Of a DNA stretch of 34,668 nt, positions 1 through 7,752 are shown piece by piece; position 1 is the stretch's first letter; each line of letters starts with the position of its first letter. Origin of the DNA: Parcubacteria group bacterium (GTDB lineage Bacteria > Patescibacteriota > Minisyncoccia > Moranbacterales > UBA11712); NCBI GenBank assembly GCA_041661585.1, contig JBAZUC010000003.1, positions 1-34,668 of the forward strand, written 5' to 3'. Made by a program: the position numbers and the translations under genes. The notes under the pieces are model-generated. The model ran no database searches. It was given only the letters and a program-made list of their open reading frames with translations, and was not told where the DNA came from.

Positions 1-659
1 GATTTCTTTTTCAAATTTCCGATATCTTCGATCGCTTTTTCAAGGCTGCCGACGATGGAATAATTGTAATTCACAAAACCGATTTTTGTTCCGCCAATAT
101 TTTTGACAAGAGCCGGACTCTGATCGCCGCCGGTGTCCCCGAAATATTGGACTCCCGCCTCGCCCAGATATTTCTTCGTTTGTGCGATTCCGTCTTCGCT
201 TTGATTGAGGATGTGATTGTTTCCGAGATCCACGAGTTTGATATTGTTTTCCGCAAGGGCTTTTGCGACTGACGGATCGAAAGTGAATTTCAAATTTTTC
301 TTATCATCCATCGCCGTTCCGACGCTCACGGAAATTTTGTCCGTGATCGGCCCTTCGAGATTACCAACGACAAGATCATACCCGGCCAATTTGTCTTTAA
401 TTTGGCTAAAAATATAATTATAGTCCCCGTCTCCATATTTTCTCACCCCTTCGCGGATATACCGGTCAAACATCATATCCCCGACGAAAAGTATTTTTAT
501 TTGATTTTTGACTTGAGCATCGGGAAATTGAGCAGATATTACCTGTTCCGGAGTAATATTATTTTTTTTGGTTAAGTTAGCATCCTTCGTGCAACCCGAA
601 AAAGCCAGTACAGCCAGAGCTAAAAAAATAATTTTTAGTTTTGCGTTGTAGCTTTGCAC
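1..659 (-). CDS. CapA/PGA_cap-family metallophosphatase-like lipoprotein (partial; C-terminus lies off-window)
   Basis: Absent from the ORF track because there is no stop codon in the window. The minus-strand frame is open from 659 to 1. My translation reads VQSYNAKLKIIFLALAVLAFSGCTKD...ILFVGDMMFDRYIREG...VVGNLEGPIT...DLGNNHILNQSEDG. It has a lipobox-like AFSGC and the GDxMxxR, NLEgP and NNH motifs typical of the CapA family. GTG at 659-657 is the only canonical start candidate, so the start is uncertain. Confidence 0.6.
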   Translation of the reverse strand, partial: MQSYNAKLKIIFLALAVLAFSGCTKDANLTKKNNITPEQVISAQFPDAQVKNQIKILFVGDMMFDRYIREGVRKYGDGDYNYIFSQIKDKLAGYDLVVGNLEGPITDKISVSVGTAMDDKKNLKFTFDPSVAKALAENNIKLVDLGNNHILNQSEDGIAQTKKYLGEAGVQYFGDTGGDQSPALVKNIGGTKIGFVNYNYSIVGSLEKAIEDIGNLKKK

Positions 660-1492
660 TTTTCGTTTGGCGCTTTGCATTCAAAAATTATGTCTCCCTT
701 CTCATCCGTCCGCAAAATTTCGATATTTCTTGATTTCAATGAGTTTAGCACCGCTTCTGTCGGATGGCCGTATGAATTTTTCGCGGCCACCGAAATGATG
801 GCTGCGCCCGGACTCGTTGCGTCCAAAAATTCGTCGCTTGAGGAATATTTTGAGCCATGATGGGCGATTTTCAAAAAATCAACGTCAACGTTTTCTCCGC
901 TCGCCAAAATTTCACGCTCGGCAGGAGATTCGATATCGCCCGTGAAAAGGAAAGAATTGTTTCCCCAATCGAGCCTCGCAACGACCGATTTGTTGTTCGC
1001 GTCTCCAGTTGCCGGGTCAACTGCTGAATTGGGAGAAACAATTTTTAGCTTTGCTCCATCCATTTCCACCTCGTCGCCCAGGATCGCCTCAAGCGTTTCA
1101 ATTCTATCGTACTCGCGAATATCTTTCCACTCCTTGAAAACCACTGTGTCTTTTTCCGCGCCCGTTGTGAGAACTTTTCCGATTTTATAATTTTTCGCCA
1201 CATCGACCAACCCGCCGATATGGTCCCGGTCCGGATGAGTCGCGATCACGACTTCAATCTCACGGTCGAAGTAGGGAAGATATTTCCCAAGTTCCGCCAG
1301 CTCCGTTTTCCCGTTCGGACCGCCGTCGATCAAAATTTGTTTTGTTCTCTTTTGGATCAGAATTGAATCCCCCTGCCCGACATCAAGAAAAACAATTTGT
1401 AGAGGTTTAGCCTCTACGATTATTTGATAGGAAAAATAGGCGAAGAAAATCAGTAAAATGGCGATCGCAAAATAGAAAAATTTATTTTTCAT
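635..1492 (-). CDS. ComEC-type metallo-beta-lactamase-fold protein with its own N-terminal TM helix
   Basis: 285-aa ORF. Contains the HxHxDH-like motif ATHPDRDHIGG, plus LDVGQGDS and IAHHGS, as in the C-terminal MBL domain of ComEC/Rec2. Overlaps the upstream comEC ORF by 11 nt. Confidence 0.75.
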   Translation of the reverse strand: MKNKFFYFAIAILLIFFAYFSYQIIVEAKPLQIVFLDVGQGDSILIQKRTKQILIDGGPNGKTELAELGKYLPYFDREIEVVIATHPDRDHIGGLVDVAKNYKIGKVLTTGAEKDTVVFKEWKDIREYDRIETLEAILGDEVEMDGAKLKIVSPNSAVDPATGDANNKSVVARLDWGNNSFLFTGDIESPAEREILASGENVDVDFLKIAHHGSKYSSSDEFLDATSPGAAIISVAAKNSYGHPTEAVLNSLKSRNIEILRTDEKGDIIFECKAPNEKCKATTQN

Positions 1493-3020
1493 TCTTGAGC
1501 ACGCTAAGTCGCTTATCTTTTCTTTTTGAGTAGTATAGCACCGAGATTAAAATAATATAATAAACCGTGATATGCTTCCAGCCGAAGTTTTTGATCTCAA
1601 GCGATGACCAGGAAATGTTCGCGAGCCATTGAACGATCAACAATTCCAATTTCAGAAGAACATACGGAACAAATCCGATCAGCTTCCCGAGCGGGATAAA
1701 AATAAATCCCGCCATTCCCGCCGCGAACCCCGTCCCCATTATAAATGGTATGGCCGGCAGAATCAGCAAATTGGCCAGCGGCGCGATCACAGAAAGTTTT
1801 TCAAAATTTGCCAAAATCACCGGCAAAACAAAAATTTGCGCCGCCAGAGTCATCAAAATTGTTTCTTTCAAAATGTTCTGCTCTCTCTCGAAAAATTTTT
1901 TTTCGAAGAGGGGATAGACATAAACGATTCCCAAAGTTGCCAAAAAGGACAGCTGAAATCCGGCGTCATATCGCAAAAGAAGCGGATTGATCGCAAGCAT
2001 CGCCGCACCCGCGAAAAGAATCGCATTTTGGGAATTGGCCAGTCTCCCCTCTTTCATCGCCCAGATAACAAGTCCGCCCATTATTCCCGCTCTCACGGCA
2101 GAACTCGGCGCGCCGGTCATGAGAACAAAAAGTACAATGCCGATGAGCGCGAAAGAAAAAACTTGTTGGCGCCAAAGACCAAGAGCAATTCCGAGCCACA
2201 TCAAAAACGCGGCGACAATTGTCACATTGTATCCCGAAACTGCGACCGTATGCGTCGTTCCTGTCCGCGAAAACGCGTCGTTCAAATCTTTGGTCATCCG
2301 TTTGCTTCCGCCCAAGATGAGCCCCTTGAGATACGCTCCTTCCGGATCGGGAAAAACCGCCGAAAGTTTTTCTTCGAACTTACTTTTCAACACCAAGACC
2401 GCTGAATAAAATTTGTTTCCCCTGTTTTTCGCGACCACAGCTATTTGCGCCTTGTTGCAAATCCGATAAATCCCGCCTTTTGCCAGATACATTTGATAAT
2501 CGAAGCTCGAGTCTTCCTGATTTTTAGGCGCTTGTAGATTGCAGCTCACTTTCAATTCATCGCCATAATTATAACTTGGATAGATGTCAGCATTGATCAA
2601 TATCTTATTTTTCTCTTCGTCCGAAACGACAACTTTTTGATATTTTTCATCCGTTTCCGGTTCCTTTGCGACTGTTCCCACAAATTCAACTGAGCCCAAT
2701 TTGCTATCAGCCAAACTATTTTTTGCTTTATCGATAGAGTTGTTTGTCCACCACAAACCCAGCGCCAAAAACAAAACCGCCGCGCTGGCGAATATGACTT
2801 TTTTGTTTTTGTAATTTATGACGAAGATAAAAATTCCCGCGGAGACAAGAATCAGAATAAAATATTTTTCAATCTGAAAAAACGACGCCAAAAAAACGCC
2901 GAGCAAAAAACAAAGAGATACGATGAAAAATATTTTAGACCCCGTTAGAAATCTGTTTTGAGGTTTTATCGTTTGGGCCATTTGTTTAGAATTAATTTCT
3001 AACGGGGTAAATTTACTCAC
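1482..3020 (-). CDS. comEC: ComEC/Rec2 competence channel protein (OB/DUF4131 plus polytopic competence domain, lacking the MBL domain)
   Basis: 512-aa polytopic ORF with ComEC-like segments (TGTTHTVAVSGYNVTIV, GAPSSAVRAGIMG). The track start at 3020 is GTG; an alternative ATG lies at 2981. The first roughly 27 codons are encoded by the inverted-repeat element at 2939-3008. Confidence 0.75.
   Translation of the reverse strand: MSKFTPLEINSKQMAQTIKPQNRFLTGSKIFFIVSLCFLLGVFLASFFQIEKYFILILVSAGIFIFVINYKNKKVIFASAAVLFLALGLWWTNNSIDKAKNSLADSKLGSVEFVGTVAKEPETDEKYQKVVVSDEEKNKILINADIYPSYNYGDELKVSCNLQAPKNQEDSSFDYQMYLAKGGIYRICNKAQIAVVAKNRGNKFYSAVLVLKSKFEEKLSAVFPDPEGAYLKGLILGGSKRMTKDLNDAFSRTGTTHTVAVSGYNVTIVAAFLMWLGIALGLWRQQVFSFALIGIVLFVLMTGAPSSAVRAGIMGGLVIWAMKEGRLANSQNAILFAGAAMLAINPLLLRYDAGFQLSFLATLGIVYVYPLFEKKFFEREQNILKETILMTLAAQIFVLPVILANFEKLSVIAPLANLLILPAIPFIMGTGFAAGMAGFIFIPLGKLIGFVPYVLLKLELLIVQWLANISWSSLEIKNFGWKHITVYYIILISVLYYSKRKDKRLSVLKNEK
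2939..3008. repeat. Inverted-repeat element, copy B (14-bp perfect arms ACCCCGTTAGAAAT / ATTTCTAACGGGGT, 42-nt interior)
   Basis: Arms at 2939-2952 and 2995-3008 are exact reverse complements. They share 13 nt of each arm with the element at 4934-5015, plus 6 further flanking nt (minus-strand 19-mer AAATTTACCCCGTTAGAAA in both copies). Confidence 0.7.
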
Positions 3021-3026
3021 AAGATC

Positions 3027-3035
3027 ATTATATCA
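3027..3035 (-). promoter_or_regulatory. Possible extended -10 promoter (TGATATAAT) for comEC
   Basis: The minus strand reads TTTTTTTGATATAATGATCTTGTGAGT, giving a TGnTATAAT match immediately after the terminator T-run. No convincing -35 element. Confidence 0.3.
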
Positions 3036-3066
3036 AAAAAAGCGGGCAGATTCACTGATCTGCCCT
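3035..3066 (-). terminator. Rho-independent terminator downstream of the 41-aa ORF
   Basis: 8-bp stem GGGCAGAT / ATCTGCCC (3044-3051 with 3058-3065) and a 6-nt loop. On the minus strand it is followed by T7 (complement of the A-run at 3035-3041). Confidence 0.6.
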
Positions 3067-3091
3067 TTGTTGTCTTGCCGATTTTTCGACA

Positions 3092-3217
3092 TTATTCTTC
3101 GTGTTCCTCCGTGTCTTGTTCTTCCTGTCCCCGTTTAACAGGAACACTTCGTCCCGCTACGAGCAGAAGAGCCCCAAACGCAACCACAACCAGAACAACT
3201 TTATAGCCCCATACCAT
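3092..3217 (-). CDS. Small membrane protein, 41 aa (not in the ORF track)
   Basis: My translation is MVWGYKVVLVVVAFGALLLVAGRSVPVKRGQEEQDTEEHEE: one hydrophobic helix and an acidic tail. A strong SD (GGGGAGGG) ends 6 nt before the ATG, and the terminator at 3035-3066 follows. Confidence 0.45.
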   Translation of the reverse strand: MVWGYKVVLVVVAFGALLLVAGRSVPVKRGQEEQDTEEHEE

Positions 3218-3251
3218 GAATTCCCTCCCCAACTATAAGATAGTTTAACAA

Positions 3252-3479
3252 CTAGTCCTGCATATCCACGTCTACTATTTTTATTCTCGCCGACTTTCCG
3301 GCGATTATTTTCACCGAACTTTTGGGCACTGCCAAATGGTACGCCAAAAGTTCGACAACTTTTTCATTTGCCTTTCCCTTTTCCGGCGGAGCGGTCACTT
3401 TCACCCTATATTCGCCGTCGGAAACTTTCAGAACTTCGTTTTTCCCCGCCCTCGGGGTCACTCTGACGTAGATTCGCAT
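3252..3479 (-). CDS. DUF167 (YggU-like) family protein
   Basis: 75-aa ORF MRIYVRVTPRAGKNEV...VKVTAPPEKGKANEKVVELLA, which fits the characteristic DUF167 pattern. Confidence 0.7.
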   Translation of the reverse strand: MRIYVRVTPRAGKNEVLKVSDGEYRVKVTAPPEKGKANEKVVELLAYHLAVPKSSVKIIAGKSARIKIVDVDMQD

Positions 3480-4357
3480 ATATTTTTTCCCTCCCTATCA
3501 ACAAAAATTGCTTTTAATTTTTTCTTTTTGGCAAATGCTATGCCTTTTTTCATCCCCATCAACACCAAAACTTTCGCCCGTCCATCGGCCCATTCGGTTT
3601 TTTTGTGAAAAACCAGAACCGAACGGATTTCGAAAGAAAATTTTTCAGGATTTCGAGGATTCACGAGATGATGAACGTTTTTTCCCTTATGCTTCCACTT
3701 CTTTTTTATCACGCCGGAAGTAGCAATGCCTTGATTGGAAATGCAAACCGCCGCGTTTTTGTCTCGCGCGCCCTCAATCGGCAATTTCCATTTTTCACCT
3801 TTTTTATTTCGTCCGGCAGCAAAGGCGTCCCCGCCCGCGTTGATGAAAAAATTTTTCCAGCTTCGGCTTTTCAAAAATTCCGCCACTTGGTCGATGATAT
3901 ATCCTTTGGCGATTCCGGAAAAATCCATCCGACGGCCGAAGAATATTTTGTTTCGCTTAATTTTCAGATCAGCGGACAGATTTTTCGGCTTGTTTTTTGC
4001 CGGTTTCGAATCCTTATTTTCAATATTTTTGCTTTTGTATCCAATATTTTCCAAAATATCAATTATCCGCGGATCATATAGTCCGCCGCTTTCCCGATGA
4101 TAAAAAAGCGCCCGCTTGGCAAGATAAATCATATCCGGCGAAACATTTTGCCACATTCCCAAATTTTTGTTCAATTGGCAAAGCTCGCTTTCGGAATCAA
4201 AGCGAGAGAATATTTTTTCCTTGGCGAAAAAAATATCTTTCGCTTTTTTGAGATCATCTTGCGCCTTTTCTTTTTCCGTTTCACTGTCAACAATCGTGCG
4301 GATATTGATTTCCGTACCCAGAGCTCGAAAATTTGATTTTATTTCGGATTTCTTAAT
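3458..4357 (-). CDS. apbE: FAD:protein FMN transferase (ApbE family); start codon unresolved
   Basis: Motifs GIAKGYIIDQVAEFL, NAGGDAF, GIATSG and HHLVNPRN. The track ORF starts at TTG 4174. The same frame is open up to 4389 and encodes ApbE-like N-terminal sequence (FRALGTEINIRTIV...FSRFDSESELCQLN) with no ATG, GTG or TTG. The end coordinate 4357 assumes an ATT start. Confidence 0.7.
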   Translation of the reverse strand: MKKSEIKSNFRALGTEINIRTIVDSETEKEKAQDDLKKAKDIFFAKEKIFSRFDSESELCQLNKNLGMWQNVSPDMIYLAKRALFYHRESGGLYDPRIIDILENIGYKSKNIENKDSKPAKNKPKNLSADLKIKRNKIFFGRRMDFSGIAKGYIIDQVAEFLKSRSWKNFFINAGGDAFAAGRNKKGEKWKLPIEGARDKNAAVCISNQGIATSGVIKKKWKHKGKNVHHLVNPRNPEKFSFEIRSVLVFHKKTEWADGRAKVLVLMGMKKGIAFAKKKKLKAIFVDREGKNICESTSE

Positions 4358-4366
4358 ACTTATATA

Positions 4367-4393
4367 ATCTCCAAGAGCTAAGCTCTTGGAGAT
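4367..4393 (-). terminator. Strong intercistronic hairpin (terminator- or processing-like) between the 84-aa ORF and apbE
   Basis: 12-bp perfect stem ATCTCCAAGAGC / GCTCTTGGAGAT with a 3-nt loop. On the minus strand it is followed by UAUAUAAGUAUU (A/U-rich, no clean U-run). Confidence 0.35.
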
Positions 4394-4399
4394 GGATGA

Positions 4400-4654
4400 T
4401 TAGTTCACTATTTTCTTGATCTCGCCTTTCAGATTGTCATCAATCTGATCAGGAAGCATATCCCCCGGCAGATTGTGAATGGTGGCTTCGCGATAGACGA
4501 ATCCCTCAACCTTTCTTACGACTTTTTTCAGAAAATCTTTTTCCGGCTTTTGAATTGTCAAGGAAAACGGCGAAAAACTCACCGAAAAAATCCCGCCGAG
4601 CCAGGCGACGGCAATTGCAAGGACTATGATGATGAGAAATAGCTTTTTGATCAT
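4400..4654 (-). CDS. Hypothetical small membrane protein (one N-terminal TM helix)
   Basis: 84-aa ORF MIKKLFLIIIVLAIAVAWLGG.... Its start abuts the nrdG stop by a 1-nt overlap, suggesting co-translation with the nrd operon. Confidence 0.5.
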   Translation of the reverse strand: MIKKLFLIIIVLAIAVAWLGGIFSVSFSPFSLTIQKPEKDFLKKVVRKVEGFVYREATIHNLPGDMLPDQIDDNLKGEIKKIVN

Positions 4655-5433
4655 TATCGTATTTCCACTTTTCCAAAATATTTTTCAATATTCTTGGCGA
4701 TTTTTTCCAAATTCAATCTCTTCCCCTTTGTTTTTTTCACGAGATTCGGGTCGAGTATTTTCCCCTTGTCCTCAAACGCCTGCAAAACATATTTTTTCGA
4801 TCCTTTCAGCCACTCCCCAATACTCGCAAAATCGCTTTTTTTGTGTAACCCGGGAACGGCCGTTGTGCGAAATTCGTAGTCAACGCCGCTGTTTCGTATC
4901 AAATCCACACTTAGTCTTATACGCTCCATGTCCACCCCGTTAGAAAAACCCATAGAATACTGTTTTTCTTTGGCATTATTGCTTTTATCGTCTTTAATAC
5001 GTTTTCTAACGGGGTAAATTTTTGAATTCGCTGTTTCGGCGTATTTTTCGGGATAATTTTTGATATCCATTGCCACAAAATCAAGCAGCTTTTCCGCATA
5101 TAGAAGCCTCAAGACGTCAGGCCTGGTTCCGTTCGTATCAAGCTTTACTTTGAATCCCGAATTTTTTATTTTCCGGATAAATTCGATCAAGTCCGGCTGA
5201 ATCGTCGGTTCCCCTCCGGTGATGCATACGCCTTCCAGTTTTCCCTGTCTGCTTTTCAATAAATCAAAAAACTCTTTTTCGAGAACATTTGATGCGCTAT
5301 GTTTGGCACCAGATACCAACTCCGGATTGTGACAAAACGGACAGCGAAAATTGCAACCCACAGTGAAAACCGTCGCGGCGATGTGGCCGGGAAAATCAAT
5401 GAGCGTCAATTTTTGAAGACCGCCAATTGTCAT
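4654..5433 (-). CDS. nrdG: Anaerobic ribonucleoside-triphosphate reductase activating protein (radical SAM)
   Basis: Motifs DFPGHIAATVFTVGCNFRCPFCHNPEL, ITGGEPT, KLDTNG and YEFRTT. Lies downstream of nrdD. Carries an insertion of about 28 aa encoded by the inverted-repeat element at 4934-5015. Confidence 0.85.
   Translation of the reverse strand: MTIGGLQKLTLIDFPGHIAATVFTVGCNFRCPFCHNPELVSGAKHSASNVLEKEFFDLLKSRQGKLEGVCITGGEPTIQPDLIEFIRKIKNSGFKVKLDTNGTRPDVLRLLYAEKLLDFVAMDIKNYPEKYAETANSKIYPVRKRIKDDKSNNAKEKQYSMGFSNGVDMERIRLSVDLIRNSGVDYEFRTTAVPGLHKKSDFASIGEWLKGSKKYVLQAFEDKGKILDPNLVKKTKGKRLNLEKIAKNIEKYFGKVEIR
4934..5015. repeat. Inverted-repeat element, copy A (14-bp perfect arms ACCCCGTTAGAAAA / TTTTCTAACGGGGT, 54-nt interior), stop-free inside nrdG
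   Basis: Arms at 4934-4947 and 5002-5015 are exact reverse complements. The arm sequence is shared with 2939-3008. Confidence 0.7.
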
Positions 5434-5547
5434 TGAAAGAAAGATATTAAAAGCCGAAGAATCCGAATTTTCGCAGAAATTTCCTACCTGCTGATAGGCG
5501 GGAGTTTGATTTCAAGAAAATTTGAATCTTCGGCGATTTTTATTGAA

Positions 5548-7716
5548 TCAAGACACGATGAATTCCTTCCGATCGCTGTATTCTGTTGCTTTCCCGGCGT
5601 TCCACTGCTGGACAGGCCGGATGTATCCGACGATGCGCGAATAGACTTCGCACTTTTGCTCCACAACACACTTCGGGCAAAGCTGGTGCTCGCCGACGAG
5701 ATAGCCATGCGACGGACAGATACTGAAAGTGGGAGTGAGCGTAAAATATGGAAGAGAATATTTTTCGGCGATTGTCTTGACTAGTTTCTTGGTTGTTTCA
5801 ATATCTTGGATCCGTTCACCTAGGAATCCATGGAGAACTGTTCCACCTGTATATTTGGTCTGAAGCCCATCTTGCAAATCAAGCGCTTCAAAAATATCTT
5901 CGGTGTGACCCACCGGGATTTGTGATGAATTTGTATAGTATGGCTCTGCTCCATCCTCTCTCACGGATTTATTGTTAGCAAAAATTATATTCGGGAACCG
6001 TTTTCTGTCATAACGTGCCAGGCGATAGGAGGTTCCCTCGGCCGGAGTCGCTTCCAAATTATACATATTGTCGGTTTCTTTTTGATACTTTATCATTTTT
6101 TCACGCATGTGCTCCAAAACCTCATTGGCAAACATCTGTCCGGCTTTTGTGGTTATGTCTTTTCCCATAAAATTCAGGAGAGCTTCATTCATTCCCAAAA
6201 TTCCAATGGTTGAGAAATGGTTGGCCCAATATTGTCCGCGCCGCGCCTTGATGGAATCAAGATAAAACTTGGAATAAGGATAAAGTCCTTTCTCGGTCAA
6301 ACTCTCTACAAATTCTCTTTTAACCTCCAGCGTATCTCTGGCTACATCCATAAAATGATCGAGCTTGGAAAAAAATTCTTTTTTATTTTTTGCTACATAG
6401 CCGATACTGGGAAGATTGATAGTTACAACACCGATTGATCCTGTGAGTGGATTGGCTCCAAAAAGTCCGCCGCCCCTTTTTCTGAGTTCTCGATTATCCA
6501 GACGCAAGCGGCAGCACATAGACCGAGCATCATCCGGATCCATATCAGAGTTGATAAAATTAGCAAAATACGGAATGCCATACTTCGCCGTCATTTCCCA
6601 GATGGCATTGAAGCGCTCATCGCTCCAGTCGAAATCTTTGCTAATGTTATAGGTGGGAATGGGAAAAGTGAAAATTCTTCCACTAGCATCTCCTTCAGTC
6701 ATAACCTCAGCAAAGGCTCGGTTGATCATATTCATCTCATCCTGAAAATCGCCGTACGTTTCCTTCTGAGGAACACCTCCGATAATTACCGCCTCTTCAG
6801 CCAGTGTCTTCGGCGCTACAATATCTAGTGTAATATTGGAAAAGGGCGTTTGAAATCCGACGCGAGTCGAAACATTCATATTGAAAACAAAGGATTGGAT
6901 GTTTTGTTTCACTTCGTTATACGTCAGATTGTCATATCGGACAAACGGCGCCAGAAGCGTGTCGAAATTGGAAAAGGCTTGCGCTCCAGCCACTTCTCCT
7001 TGAAGGGTATAGATAAAGTTTACCATCTGCCCGAGAATCGATCCCAGGTGCTTCGCCGGCTTACAAGCTACTTTTCCGGCCACTCCGGCAAAACCACGAC
7101 GCAGAAGATCCTGCAAATCCCAACCGCAGCAATAGGCAGCAATAAGTTGCATGGTATGAATGTGAATGTCTCCTTCTTCATTGGCTCGCTTGGCTTCTTT
7201 GGAAAAAATCCGGTTCATCCAATATTTGGAACTGACAATAGAAGAAACATAGTTATTGAGTCCTTGAAGTGAATAGGACATATTGGCATTTTCTTTTACC
7301 TCCCAATCCATTTCAGAAATGTATTTGTCAACTAAATCCACCGCCTCTTCCAAAGACTCCTGGGTCTCTCTAATTTTCCTATGCTGATCGCGATAGAGGA
7401 TATAGGCTTTGGCCGTTTCCTCAAAATCAAGGATCATCAAAACGCGTTCCACGAGATCCTGAATTTCTTCAATTTCAGGCACATTGCCTTTTTGATAGTT
7501 TTTGTTGAGAAGCCGGACAATCTTGTCTGTCACCTTTTTGGCATCTTTCTCCGCTCCCTCATTCGTTTCCGCAAAAGCCTTCATCACTGCTTTGGTGATT
7601 TTTTCCTGCTCAAATTTGACAACCCGACCGTCGCGCTTCACCACCCGCGTGATGCGATTCTTGAATCCCCCCTGATTTTTTTTGACCATCTTCTGGCCGC
7701 GTTTGACTGCGATCAT
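5548..7716 (-). CDS. nrdD: Anaerobic ribonucleoside-triphosphate reductase (class III RNR)
   Basis: 722 aa. Has an N-terminal ATP-cone (VVKRDGRVVKFEQEKITKAV), a C-terminal Cys cluster CPSHG...CPKC...CEVY, and the glycyl-radical motif SRIVGYIRP. Confidence 0.95.
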   Translation of the reverse strand: MIAVKRGQKMVKKNQGGFKNRITRVVKRDGRVVKFEQEKITKAVMKAFAETNEGAEKDAKKVTDKIVRLLNKNYQKGNVPEIEEIQDLVERVLMILDFEETAKAYILYRDQHRKIRETQESLEEAVDLVDKYISEMDWEVKENANMSYSLQGLNNYVSSIVSSKYWMNRIFSKEAKRANEEGDIHIHTMQLIAAYCCGWDLQDLLRRGFAGVAGKVACKPAKHLGSILGQMVNFIYTLQGEVAGAQAFSNFDTLLAPFVRYDNLTYNEVKQNIQSFVFNMNVSTRVGFQTPFSNITLDIVAPKTLAEEAVIIGGVPQKETYGDFQDEMNMINRAFAEVMTEGDASGRIFTFPIPTYNISKDFDWSDERFNAIWEMTAKYGIPYFANFINSDMDPDDARSMCCRLRLDNRELRKRGGGLFGANPLTGSIGVVTINLPSIGYVAKNKKEFFSKLDHFMDVARDTLEVKREFVESLTEKGLYPYSKFYLDSIKARRGQYWANHFSTIGILGMNEALLNFMGKDITTKAGQMFANEVLEHMREKMIKYQKETDNMYNLEATPAEGTSYRLARYDRKRFPNIIFANNKSVREDGAEPYYTNSSQIPVGHTEDIFEALDLQDGLQTKYTGGTVLHGFLGERIQDIETTKKLVKTIAEKYSLPYFTLTPTFSICPSHGYLVGEHQLCPKCVVEQKCEVYSRIVGYIRPVQQWNAGKATEYSDRKEFIVS

Positions 7717-7752
7717 TTTTGTTTTCGCCCCCGAAAATTAGAGATTATTTAT

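Noticed and set aside
1629-2405. 258-aa plus-strand ORF (Arg/Lys/Gln-rich), together with overlapping plus-strand ORFs at 1745-1990 and 1987-2409
   Set aside because: It is antisense to the well-supported comEC ORF, has low-complexity composition and no recognisable motifs. It is most likely a shadow ORF.
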